This document shows, in pieces, positions 53,185 to 62,035 of a stretch of 62,155 nucleotides of DNA. Position numbers and translations under genes: made by a program. The notes below the pieces were generated by a model. That model was not told the DNA's origin. It searched no databases and saw only the letters and a program-made list of their open reading frames with translations. Origin of the DNA: Microgenomates group bacterium ADurb.Bin219 (GTDB lineage: Bacteria > Patescibacteriota > Microgenomatia > UM-FILTER-40-11); contig MWCH01000005.1 of assembly GCA_002069945.1 (NCBI GenBank), positions 1-62,155 on the forward strand, written 5' to 3'. Position 1 is the first letter of the stretch. Each line of letters begins with the position of its first letter.

Positions 53185-53868
53185 ATGGGATTTAAGGTCA
53201 AGACTTTTGATTATGGTGCGTTACACTTTCTTTTTAGAGAAATTTTTGTTGAAAATGAATATTTCTTTCTTTCTGGCAAAAAAAGACCGTTAATCATCGA
53301 CGGAGGATCAAACATAGGTCTGGCCACTCTTTATTTCAAGTGGCTTTATCCGCAAAGTCAAATATATTGTTTCGAACCCGATCCGGAAACTTTTAAAATT
53401 CTTTTGATAAACATTAAGCAAAATCACCTTAAAGACATATCCGCCTACAATGTTGCACTTTGGGAGAAAAAAGGAAGGATTGATTTTTTCGTTGATTTGC
53501 TTAATCCGGGGTGGCTCACAATGAGCGCCTTTTATAATAGACTACCAAAGAATAAAATCAAGGTGAAGTCCGTTTGTCTTTCGCAATATTTAAAGAAAAA
53601 AAAGATTGATTTTTTGAAGTTGGACATAGAAGGAGCCGAGAACAAAGTAATAGAAGAATTATTGAGAAATAACGTATTGGGCAGTATTGATCAAATGCAG
53701 ATTGAGTATCACTACGATATTGAATCAGACTCCGGAGGGCTGTCTTTACTTATTCAAAGTTTACTTAAAGCCGGTTTTAAGTTTTCCTTTGGTTCTCATT
53801 TGCCTATAAGTATGAAAAAAGATATAACTTTTCAGGATATAACCATCTTTGCCTCCAAACATATATGA
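53185..53868 (+). CDS. FkbM-family methyltransferase
   Basis: IIDGGSNIGLATLYF and FLKLDIEGAE. ATG 53185 (MGFKVKTFDYG) is preferred. The track ORF starts at GTG 53017. Confidence 0.7.
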   Translation: MGFKVKTFDYGALHFLFREIFVENEYFFLSGKKRPLIIDGGSNIGLATLYFKWLYPQSQIYCFEPDPETFKILLINIKQNHLKDISAYNVALWEKKGRIDFFVDLLNPGWLTMSAFYNRLPKNKIKVKSVCLSQYLKKKKIDFLKLDIEGAENKVIEELLRNNVLGSIDQMQIEYHYDIESDSGGLSLLIQSLLKAGFKFSFGSHLPISMKKDITFQDITIFASKHI

Positions 53869-54698
53869 ATAAGCCAAAGGTTACAATTATTATTCCCGTT
53901 TACAATGAAGAAAAGTATTTGGCTTATTGTATCTCTTCAATTTTTTCACAGTCTTTTAAGGATTTTGAAATAATTATCGTTGATGATGGGTCAACTGATC
54001 GTTCGAACCAAATTGGAAGGAATTTTGTTAAAAAAGGAGTTCTTTTTCTTAAGCAAAAACATCAAGGGCCAGGGACGGCAAGAAACTTAGGAGCCAAAAA
54101 AGCAAGGGGAGATATTTTAGTTTTTGTTGATGCGGATATGATGCTTGATAAATATTTTTTAGAATATCTTGTTAGGCCGATTATTGAGAAAGACGTTATG
54201 GGAACCTTTCAGGAAGAAGAACTGGTTGCAAATCAACAAAACATTTGGGCTAAGTGCTGGAGTTTTAATTCTGATTTGCCGGCGAAAAGGAGAAGGCCGG
54301 TTAACTTACCTAAGGAGATTGGTGTTTTTCGGGCAATACAAAAAAAATATTTTGACAAGGTCGGTGGCTTTGATCCAGAGAGAGGCTATATGGATGATGG
54401 CTCATTATCAACAAAGCTAAAAACAAAAGCCATGATTGCCCCCGGATCTATTTGTTTTCATTTTAACCCAGAATCATTAAATGAAGTTTTTTATTCCGCT
54501 AGGTGGATCGGGAAAAGCGGAGAATTTCCCAAAAGTCTAACTAATTTACTAAGATATTCACCTCTAAATTCCATGAGGATAGGATTAAGAAACGTAATTT
54601 TCCGAAAACAGCCGATTGTTTTTTTGTTTTTTAAACTAGTTTACGATGCCGGTATGTTTTGGGGCATTTGGTTTTGTAGAAAGGGTGGGGCGAAATGA
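53865..54698 (+). CDS. Glycosyltransferase family 2
   Basis: VTIIIPVYNEEKYL, IIIVDDGSTD, VFVDADM. Confidence 0.8.
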   Translation: MNKPKVTIIIPVYNEEKYLAYCISSIFSQSFKDFEIIIVDDGSTDRSNQIGRNFVKKGVLFLKQKHQGPGTARNLGAKKARGDILVFVDADMMLDKYFLEYLVRPIIEKDVMGTFQEEELVANQQNIWAKCWSFNSDLPAKRRRPVNLPKEIGVFRAIQKKYFDKVGGFDPERGYMDDGSLSTKLKTKAMIAPGSICFHFNPESLNEVFYSARWIGKSGEFPKSLTNLLRYSPLNSMRIGLRNVIFRKQPIVFLFFKLVYDAGMFWGIWFCRKGGAK

Positions 54699-55351
54699 AA
54701 TATTTTTACAAAGGAAAATTCAATCTTCAAAAATTGCATCCTCTCAATATTGATTATCAAACAGTTTCTCGGATTCCTTGCGGTTGCCGTGTTTTAGAGA
54801 TTGGATGCGCCGATGGTTTTATGGGTGAATATCTGATGAAAAAGAAAAAATGTAGTTTGGTTGGAGTGGAAATCGATCAAAAAGCGGGAAAAAAAGCCAG
54901 GGCCAGAGGACTGGAAATAATTGAGGGGGATATTGAACAACCTGAAGTGTATAGGAAACTGAAAATATTTCCACCCTTTGACATAATTTTGGCTTCGTCA
55001 ATAATCGAGCACTTGAAGGAACCTGGTCAATCTTTGGTGAATTGGAAGAAATTTTTAAAAACAAACGGTTTTTTAATTGTTACTGTGCCTAACATCGCAC
55101 ATTGGGCGGCGAGATTAAAAATTTTATCGGGAAAGTTTGATTATGAAAAATATGGAATTTTTGACGAAAATCATTTACGTTTTTTTACTGAAAAATCTTT
55201 TAAAAAACTAATATCTTCAGCCGGTTATAAAATTGAGTTTTTCGGGATTGACCCGGTTGGCGGTGGATTTCCGAAAATCAGCCGATTTTTGTCGCTTTTT
55301 TTCCCAAAACTTTTTGCTTATCAAATGATTATTAAAGCAAAACTTTATTAA
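54695..55351 (+). CDS. Class I SAM-dependent methyltransferase
   Basis: VLEIGCADG, ILASSIIEHL, GFLIVTVPN. Confidence 0.75.
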   Translation: MKYFYKGKFNLQKLHPLNIDYQTVSRIPCGCRVLEIGCADGFMGEYLMKKKKCSLVGVEIDQKAGKKARARGLEIIEGDIEQPEVYRKLKIFPPFDIILASSIIEHLKEPGQSLVNWKKFLKTNGFLIVTVPNIAHWAARLKILSGKFDYEKYGIFDENHLRFFTEKSFKKLISSAGYKIEFFGIDPVGGGFPKISRFLSLFFPKLFAYQMIIKAKLY

Positions 55352-56709
55352 TGAAAAAGGAATTGATACTTATAATTTCTTTTTTGATAATTTCTTATTT
55401 TCTTCGTTTTTACCGATTGTCCGAATTGGCTATGTTCGTCGGCGATCAGGGAAGGGATTATCTTGCGGCCAAGGATATGCTTCTTAATCGCCGGTTGACC
55501 TTAATCGGTCCGCAAACAAGTATCAGATGGCTTAATTTAGGCCCATTTTTTTATTACTTTTTAGCCTTTTTTTTGCTTTTGGGAAAATTCAACCCGGTTT
55601 GGCCCATTTACGCCACGGCCTTTTTTGGCGTTTTGGCGACCTATCTAATTTTTCTTTTGGGTAAAGAATTTTATTCTCCGAAAATCGGACTAATAGCCGG
55701 TTTTATTTATGCAGTTTCTCCTTTCGCGGTTATTCAATCCAGAATTGCCCTTCACACTTCGATTTATCCGGTTTTTATCCTCCTTTTTCTTTTCTTCCTG
55801 GATAAATTCTTAAAGTCGGCCAAAAATAAAAAAATAAATTTGGCCGGATTATTAATTTCATTTTCAATCGCTATTCAGCTTCATCTCTCGGCAATATTAT
55901 TAATTCCGTTTGCCTTACTGGTAATTGAGTCGGAAAAGAGACCGAAGAAAAAATTATTTTTAAGTATTTTTCTTTTATTTTCGTTTGTTTTGTTTTTGTA
56001 TAAACTTTATCGCCGGTCTCCGTTTACGGAAATTTCCTATTGGTTAAAAATAATTGAAGAAATATTTGGATTCGGTTATTTTTGGCTAACGTTTTTGGCT
56101 TTGGGGGCGATGATTTTGGGGCTGGTTGGATTAATCGGAAATCCTGGGAAAGGAGAAAGAATTCTCAAAATCAGTCTTTTGGTTACGGTATTGGGATTAA
56201 CGATTAAAAATTCTTCAGCCGAACATTATTTTAATCTGTTTTTGCCGTTTGGTATTCTTCTTTTTTCCCTGGGACTGGAAAGAGCCGGTTCGTTCGTTGG
56301 AGGAAAGGTTACGGTATTGGTAGCGGTATCGGTTTTTTTAATAATAAATTTCTTCGGATTAATAAATTCCCGTTTCTATTCTTCCTTTTATGGTCCGACC
56401 TTGTCTCAGCGATTGGAATTGGCGCGGTTTATCGTTAACGATTCGCCCCAAAAGAATCCTTCATTAATAAGGTGCGGTCCCCTTTGGGATTTTGCTTCAA
56501 CCAATCTAAACTATGAATATCTTGTTTGGTGGCTTTCGTTAAACAAGCAAGAACAAACTTTTGAGGAAAATAAACCCGTTTATTATCTTTATGAGCCCAA
56601 AGAAGCTTGGATAACCCGTGAGGGTTGTGAGCAAATTGATTTGTCAAAAGGCGAACTTTTTGAATTCAAGCAAGCATTCTTATTAAAATCATATTTGAGA
56701 AATGATTAG
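55351..56709 (+). CDS. ArnT/PMT_2-like membrane glycosyltransferase
   Basis: Polytopic. N-terminal RFYRLSELAMFVGDQGRDYLAA and later loops resemble the GT39/GT83 family. Paralog class of 2209..3643. Confidence 0.55.
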   Translation: MKKELILIISFLIISYFLRFYRLSELAMFVGDQGRDYLAAKDMLLNRRLTLIGPQTSIRWLNLGPFFYYFLAFFLLLGKFNPVWPIYATAFFGVLATYLIFLLGKEFYSPKIGLIAGFIYAVSPFAVIQSRIALHTSIYPVFILLFLFFLDKFLKSAKNKKINLAGLLISFSIAIQLHLSAILLIPFALLVIESEKRPKKKLFLSIFLLFSFVLFLYKLYRRSPFTEISYWLKIIEEIFGFGYFWLTFLALGAMILGLVGLIGNPGKGERILKISLLVTVLGLTIKNSSAEHYFNLFLPFGILLFSLGLERAGSFVGGKVTVLVAVSVFLIINFFGLINSRFYSSFYGPTLSQRLELARFIVNDSPQKNPSLIRCGPLWDFASTNLNYEYLVWWLSLNKQEQTFEENKPVYYLYEPKEAWITREGCEQIDLSKGELFEFKQAFLLKSYLRND

Positions 56710-57592
56710 CGCAATAGTTTTAGCCAAAGATGAAGAAAAGAATTTGGCAAGATGCCTTAATTCTTTATCCTGGTGTGACGAAATTTTGGTGATTGACGAT
56801 TATTCGCAAGACGGGACTTTAAAAATAGCCAAGGAAAAGAAGGCTTTGGTTATTCAAAGAAAGTTGGCCGATAATTTTTCCGGTCAAAGGAATTTCGGCT
56901 TAAGCAAGGCGAAAGGGGAGTGGGTTTTGTTTGTTGACGCGGACGAGGAAGTTTCGGAAAATTTAAGAAAGGAAATTTTAATTCAGTTGTCTTCATCTTC
57001 CGTTAAAGATATTGACGGTTTTTATTTGAAACGAAAAGATTTTTTTCTTGGTCGCTGGCTAAACCACGGAGAAACGTCTTTTGTTCGTTTATTGCGGCTC
57101 GGCCGCCGGGGAAAGGGTATTTGGCAGGGGAATGTTGATGAAACCTGGAAAATAAAAGGGAAAACACAATCGCTTGGCAATCCCCTTTTTCATTATTCAC
57201 ATTCTTCTTTGGTTGAATTTTTGAACAGCCTAAATCGCTATTCTTCCTTAAACGCCAAACAAAACTTTGAAAATGGCAGAAAGCTTTCTTTTTTTGATTG
57301 GTTTAAGCCTCTGGGGAAATTTGTTTTTAATTATTTTTTCAAATTGGGATTTTTGGACGGGGCTCGGGGATTAATGATGACGGTTTTGATGAGTTTTCAC
57401 TCTTTTTTGGTCAGGGGAAAACAATATTTACTGGAAAAAAATATTGCTTCTGAAGATTTGCGGAAAACAAATCCAAAAGATGGGGGGAAAATATTCTCTC
57501 TCTTTATCTTTGCTTGGGGAGCTGTCATTATCTTTTTTTATCTTAAATTTCTGCTCTCAAGAAAAGGAATATGGTTGAATTGGCCTTTTTAA
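56702..57592 (+). CDS. Glycosyltransferase family 2
   Basis: ISAIVLAKDEEKNLARCL, VIDDYSQDGT, LFVDADEE. Confidence 0.8.
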   Translation: MISAIVLAKDEEKNLARCLNSLSWCDEILVIDDYSQDGTLKIAKEKKALVIQRKLADNFSGQRNFGLSKAKGEWVLFVDADEEVSENLRKEILIQLSSSSVKDIDGFYLKRKDFFLGRWLNHGETSFVRLLRLGRRGKGIWQGNVDETWKIKGKTQSLGNPLFHYSHSSLVEFLNSLNRYSSLNAKQNFENGRKLSFFDWFKPLGKFVFNYFFKLGFLDGARGLMMTVLMSFHSFLVRGKQYLLEKNIASEDLRKTNPKDGGKIFSLFIFAWGAVIIFFYLKFLLSRKGIWLNWPF

Positions 57593-59169
57593 GCGGAATT
57601 TTTTCCTACCTGGTTTTTGGATTGGGAATTTCCTTCGGGGTTACCGGATTAAGCCTACTTCTTCCGGTTTCGGCTTTGGCCGTTGGCTTAGTAATATTAT
57701 TTAAAGCCAATTATAAAAAAATAATTGACTACTTCAGCCAAGCAATTAATGATAAAAAATCTTTAGGGATTATCGGACTGATTCTTTTATCGGCGCTGGT
57801 TAATTTAATTGGCGCCCTCGGTCCGGAATTGGGTTTTGACGCTCTTTGGTATCACTTGACCTTACCCAAAATATACACGATTTATCGGAGGATTGTTTTT
57901 ATTCCCGGAAACCTTTTATACTACAGCGCCATGCCCAAGCTGGCGGAAATGTTTTATCTTCCGGCTGTTTTTTTAAATAAGGAAATTATCGCCAAATTAA
58001 CCCATTATTTATTTGGTCTTTTTTCCGCTCTGGCGCTCTATCGCCTCTCTTCACGCTACCTGAAAAGACCCAGAGCCCTTTTGGCGGTTTTAGTTTATTA
58101 TTCTTCCTTGGTTGTCGGCTGGCAGAGTATTACCGCCTATGTCGATTTATTCAGAGCCTTTTTTGAAATATTGGCGCTTGATTTATTTTTAAAATGGCTG
58201 GAGAAGGAAAAGACGGTTGATCTAATCGAGTCAGCGGTTCTTCTTGGTCTGGCGGTTACAACCAAATTATTGGCCACTGGATCTTTGGTCATATTTTTGG
58301 CGATGATTGCTTGGAAACTCCGCCATGATCCTAAAAAAATTATTTCCTTCTCTTTTATTTTTGCGTTTTTTACTTTTATTATTCCTTTGCCTTGGTTTAT
58401 TTTTTCCTTTGTTCATACGGGCAACCCCTTTTATCCCGTCTTTTCCGGATTATTAGATAAATCTCATTGGTTTACCGGATTTGATCTTAAACTATTTTTT
58501 AAAGATTTTTGGCAAATTTTTCTTTTAGCCCAGGATCCGACCTTGCCCGCTTTTTTAATTTCCTTGCCTGTTTTAATCTTTCATCGAAAAAAAATTATGG
58601 TTGAGAAAAAAAGAGTAGGTTTCATAAATCTTATTTTTTATTGCCTGATGGCTTATGTCGTCTGGTATTTTTTACCCAGGACCGGCGGCGGCCGTTTTAT
58701 CTTGCCTTATTTACCCGCCTTTTCTTTGTTGACCGTCTACGGCTATACGCTGATTGAACAAAAATCGGCAAAAAATATTTATTTGTTTTTTCTTTTCTTC
58801 ATTTGCCTTGTTAATATTTCCTACCGTTTGATCGCCAATAAAAAATACTTGCCTGTTATTTTGGGCAAACAAGCAAAAAACGAATTTTTAAAAAATAATT
58901 TGAATTTTGAGTTTGGAGATTTTCTGGATATTGACGGATTCTTTAATAAAACCATAAAAAATGAAGATTTGGTTTTAGTTTCTGGGGTCCATAACCTTTA
59001 CTATTTAAATTTTAATTTTGTTCATGAATCCTGGGCGGAAAAGAGCCTTCAAACAAAATATATTTTGACCAGATATCAATCGGGCGAGACAGACGAAAGA
59101 TACTACGGCAAGAAAATAATTTATCAAAACCCGGTTACTAATGTAAAATTGTATTCGGCGGAAGAATGA
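57571..59169 (+). CDS. Large polytopic membrane protein, probably GT-C-type glycosyltransferase
   Basis: More than 10 TM segments plus a soluble C-terminal domain, in glycan-locus context. No firm motif. Confidence 0.4.
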   Translation: MVELAFLSGIFSYLVFGLGISFGVTGLSLLLPVSALAVGLVILFKANYKKIIDYFSQAINDKKSLGIIGLILLSALVNLIGALGPELGFDALWYHLTLPKIYTIYRRIVFIPGNLLYYSAMPKLAEMFYLPAVFLNKEIIAKLTHYLFGLFSALALYRLSSRYLKRPRALLAVLVYYSSLVVGWQSITAYVDLFRAFFEILALDLFLKWLEKEKTVDLIESAVLLGLAVTTKLLATGSLVIFLAMIAWKLRHDPKKIISFSFIFAFFTFIIPLPWFIFSFVHTGNPFYPVFSGLLDKSHWFTGFDLKLFFKDFWQIFLLAQDPTLPAFLISLPVLIFHRKKIMVEKKRVGFINLIFYCLMAYVVWYFLPRTGGGRFILPYLPAFSLLTVYGYTLIEQKSAKNIYLFFLFFICLVNISYRLIANKKYLPVILGKQAKNEFLKNNLNFEFGDFLDIDGFFNKTIKNEDLVLVSGVHNLYYLNFNFVHESWAEKSLQTKYILTRYQSGETDERYYGKKIIYQNPVTNVKLYSAEE

Positions 59170-60401
59170 ATGGTATTAGCAAAACAAAACTTAATTCACT
59201 TATCAAGACTTTTATTCTTTTTTTTGTTTTAGCCTATCCGCTTGGCCAATTGGTTCAATTGCCTCTGGCTTTTAAAAACAGCGCCGAGATAAGGATAAAT
59301 ATAATCGATCCCCTTATTTTTTTAATAACTTTTATTTGGTTTATTTGGCACCTTTTTAATAAAAAGAAAATTATTTTCCCCCGGGGATATAAATCATTTA
59401 TTTTCTTTGTGGGTGTATTATTTTTTTCCTGGTTTATTAATTTTAAGAATTATTATTTAAGGGAAAGCGTCACCGGGCTTCTCTATTTACTAAGGTTGGC
59501 AAATTATTCTTTTGTTTATTTAGTTTTTTCCGACTTACGCCATAATTTTGATTTATTTACCAGCGGGATAATTAATAAAATTTTATTATTTTGGAGTCTT
59601 GCCTTGGGGTTTATCGGCCTTGGTCAATATCTTTTTCTTCCCGATACCCGTTTTCTGCTTTCTTCCGGCTGGGACGATCATTATTTCAGGGTAATTGGTT
59701 CCTTTTTTGACCCGAATTTTACCGGTTTGATTTTATCTTTGGCCATAATCTGGGGTATTAATAATTTTTATTCCCAACAATCGCTAATAAAAATACAATT
59801 TTTTAAATTATTTTTACTTTTTTTGCTTCTTTTCCCCGCTTTCTTTTTGACCTATTCGCGCAGTTCCTATCTGGCTTTGATTGCTGGGCTAGCCGTCTAT
59901 TTTGTTTTAAAAGCCAAAAAAAGAAATTTGTTTTATTTGTTAATACTTTTTGTTTTGGTTGTCATATTGTTACCGAGACCTGGGGGTGAAGGCGTCAGAC
60001 TGGAGAGAACTGCTTCTATGGTCCTAAGATTGGAAAATTGGCAAGTCATGTTTTCTCTTTGGAAAAAACATCCTCTTTTTGGCGTCGGATTTAACAATTT
60101 GCGCTACGCTATAAGAAAAACGGGTTATTTGCGGCTTGATCAGTGGAGAGAGGTTCATTCGGCCGCAGGAGCAGATAACAGTTATTTGTTTATTTTGGTA
60201 ACAGCCGGCCTTATGGGCTTGGCGGGATTTTTCTTTTACTGTTTTTCAACAGTAAAAAATATTTTGCATTTTAGCGAAGACCAAAAGAGATTGCTTTTCT
60301 CTTCGTATACAGCAGTATTTATCCACTGTTTTTTTACCAATAGTTTCTTCTATCCCTGGGTTTTTCTTTGGTTGATGACAATTCAAAGCCTTGAAGATTA
60401 A
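59166..60401 (+). CDS. O-antigen ligase/polymerase-like (Wzy_C-type) membrane protein
   Basis: TYSRSSYLALIAG motif and a periplasmic loop with HSAAGADNSYL. About 10 TM segments. Confidence 0.6.
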   Translation: MNGISKTKLNSLIKTFILFFVLAYPLGQLVQLPLAFKNSAEIRINIIDPLIFLITFIWFIWHLFNKKKIIFPRGYKSFIFFVGVLFFSWFINFKNYYLRESVTGLLYLLRLANYSFVYLVFSDLRHNFDLFTSGIINKILLFWSLALGFIGLGQYLFLPDTRFLLSSGWDDHYFRVIGSFFDPNFTGLILSLAIIWGINNFYSQQSLIKIQFFKLFLLFLLLFPAFFLTYSRSSYLALIAGLAVYFVLKAKKRNLFYLLILFVLVVILLPRPGGEGVRLERTASMVLRLENWQVMFSLWKKHPLFGVGFNNLRYAIRKTGYLRLDQWREVHSAAGADNSYLFILVTAGLMGLAGFFFYCFSTVKNILHFSEDQKRLLFSSYTAVFIHCFFTNSFFYPWVFLWLMTIQSLED

Positions 60402-61108
60402 AGATTAAAAAAAAGAAGCAGCTCCTTTTCGGTAATATTGCCAGCCTCGTCTTTAGCCGAAACGGTTATTTTATTTTCACCCTCGGAAAGATAATAACTA
60501 AATTCGAAAAAACCGTCCTTTTTAAGAATTGCCCTTCGGTTATTAACCAAGATAATCGCGTTTTCGTCCGTTCGTCCGGAAAGAGTTACCGTCCTCTGGT
60601 TATTCCCGGTAAGGTGCGATTCATTGGCCGGAGAAAGAATCTCCAGCGAGGGAGAAGTGAGGTCGGTTAATACCACCAAAATTTCCGAAGGCGAAGAAGT
60701 TTGACCGTTTTTATTTTCGGCAACAGCATAAATTTCGTTTTTTCCTTCAGGTAGAGAAAGAGAGAGGGAAAATTCGGAATTTTTGTCCGTTTCCAGAGAT
60801 TGGTAGTTTTTACCGTTAAGAACAAGTTTTACCTTTCCTTCGGAAAACGATTTGCCGTTGACGACAATGGCTGAAGAATTGGTGGCTTCGTAGTCGTAAT
60901 AAAGAAGGGGCCGGGGAACAATTTCATTGGCTGGCGATTGTTGACTGGGGTTAAATTTAAAAACAAAAGAGGTCAGATTAATCACCAACAGTATGCCGAA
61001 TTTTAAAAAAAGAAAAATTAAAGCAAAAGAAATTAAAATTAACCCCGTTGAAGAGGAGAATAAATTATTTTTTTGATATTTTTTATTTGAAAACTGATCG
61101 TTATCCAT
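60398..61108 (-). CDS. Membrane-anchored protein with two Ig-like repeats
   Basis: One TM segment, then two repeats ending GKNEIYAVAENKNGQTS and GENKITVSAKDEAGNIT. Stop overlaps the convergent gene stop (TTAA). Confidence 0.45.
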   Translation of the reverse strand: MDNDQFSNKKYQKNNLFSSSTGLILISFALIFLFLKFGILLVINLTSFVFKFNPSQQSPANEIVPRPLLYYDYEATNSSAIVVNGKSFSEGKVKLVLNGKNYQSLETDKNSEFSLSLSLPEGKNEIYAVAENKNGQTSSPSEILVVLTDLTSPSLEILSPANESHLTGNNQRTVTLSGRTDENAIILVNNRRAILKKDGFFEFSYYLSEGENKITVSAKDEAGNITEKELLLFFNL

Positions 61109-61115
61109 CTTTATG

Positions 61116-61187
61116 AGCCGGAGGCGGGATTTGAACCCGCGACTTGCTGTTTACGAAACAGCTACTCTACCACTGAGTTACCCCGGC
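61116..61187 (-). tRNA. tRNA-Thr (anticodon CGT)
   Basis: Hand-folded on the minus strand. Acceptor GCCGGGG/CTCCGGC (one G-T pair), anticodon arm GCTGT-TTCGTAA-ACAGC, T-arm GCGGG-TTCAAAT-CCCGC, discriminator T. Confidence 0.85.
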
Positions 61188-61208
61188 AAAATTGTTTTAA
61201 AATCTCGC

Positions 61209-61283
61209 TGGAGCGGCGGAAGGGAATTGGACCCTCGACCTTCTCCTTGGGAAGGAGACATTCTACCACTGAACTACCGCCGC
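61209..61283 (-). tRNA. tRNA-Gly (anticodon CCC), CCA encoded
   Basis: Acceptor GCGGCGG/CCGCCGC, anticodon arm TCTCC-TTCCCAA-GGAGA, T-arm GAGGG-TCCAATT-CCCTT, discriminator T then CCA. The T-loop has C at position 55. Confidence 0.8.
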
Positions 61284-61325
61284 CTGACAAAGATCTTAAA
61301 CCTATTTTAGCAAAGACGGTAGTGA

Positions 61326-61895
61326 TTATCTAGGAATGGTAAAAACATTACCGGGATGAATTAAGCCTGGATTTTTTAAATTATTTGCTTTGGCCAATTC
61401 CTGCCAGCGATAACCGTCTCCATAAGCTCTGACGGCGATAGACCAAAGACTGTCGCCTTTAACAACGGTGTATTGATTTCCGGTAATGATTGCCGAATCG
61501 GCTTCTTTAACGGTCGCCATTTTTTTCTCAACCGCGGGAATAATCAATTTAATTCCGTTTGCGAGAAGATTCGGATCAACCAGATTATTTACTTTGGCGA
61601 TATCCACCCAGTTATATCCTGATCCGTAATATTTTTCCGCAATCGTCCAGAGTGATTCTCCTTCCTGAATTTCGTGGATTTTTTCTCCTTCGGCTAGATT
61701 AGCCAGGGCTTGTTCCTCTTCATTGGCAATATCGTTATTAACCACGGAAAGATTAGTCTTGCCCGCACCCTGAAAATATTTAAAGATTAAAGAGCCAACG
61801 ATCAAGACAACAATAAAACCGAATAAAGTGCTGATGGAAGATTCGGCCAACTTTATTTTTTTAAGAATTTTTTTAAGATTCAATTTTTTTCTCAC
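61326..61895 (-). CDS. LysM-repeat peptidoglycan-binding protein
   Basis: N-terminal TM, then two LysM repeats (HEIQEGESLWTIAEKYYGSGYNWVDIAKVNNL and YTVVKGDSLWSIAVRAYGDGYRWQELAKANNL). The true start may be TTG 61883, because GGAGG abuts GTG 61895. Confidence 0.8.
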   Translation of the reverse strand: MRKKLNLKKILKKIKLAESSISTLFGFIVVLIVGSLIFKYFQGAGKTNLSVVNNDIANEEEQALANLAEGEKIHEIQEGESLWTIAEKYYGSGYNWVDIAKVNNLVDPNLLANGIKLIIPAVEKKMATVKEADSAIITGNQYTVVKGDSLWSIAVRAYGDGYRWQELAKANNLKNPGLIHPGNVFTIPR

Positions 61896-61900
61896 CTCCT

Positions 61901-61935
61901 TTGGGGCAGGAGAATTGGGGCAGAGATTTTTGGCA
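61901..61935. repeat. Heptamer/14-mer patch (TTGGGGC AGGAGAA TTGGGGC AGAGATT TTTGGCA)
   Basis: Read directly. Lies in the spacer between tRNA-Asp and the LysM gene. Confidence 0.55.
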
Positions 61936-61961
61936 ACGTTATCCCCAAGGGGATTCCGTTG

Positions 61962-62035
61962 CGGGCTCGACCGGATTTGAACCGGCGATCTTCTCCTCGA
62001 CAGGGAGATGTGTTAGGCCGCTACACCACGAGCCC
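61962..62035 (-). tRNA. tRNA-Asp (anticodon GTC)
   Basis: Acceptor GGGCTCG/CGAGCCC, D-arm GTGT/ACAC, anticodon arm TCTCC-CTGTCGA-GGAGA, T-arm GCCGG-TTCAAAT-CCGGT, discriminator G. Confidence 0.85.

Noticed and set aside
61113-61310. 65-aa plus-strand ORF MSRRRDLNPRLAVYETATLPLSYPGK...
   Set aside because: It is the antisense reading of two minus-strand tRNA genes (tRNA-Thr and tRNA-Gly).
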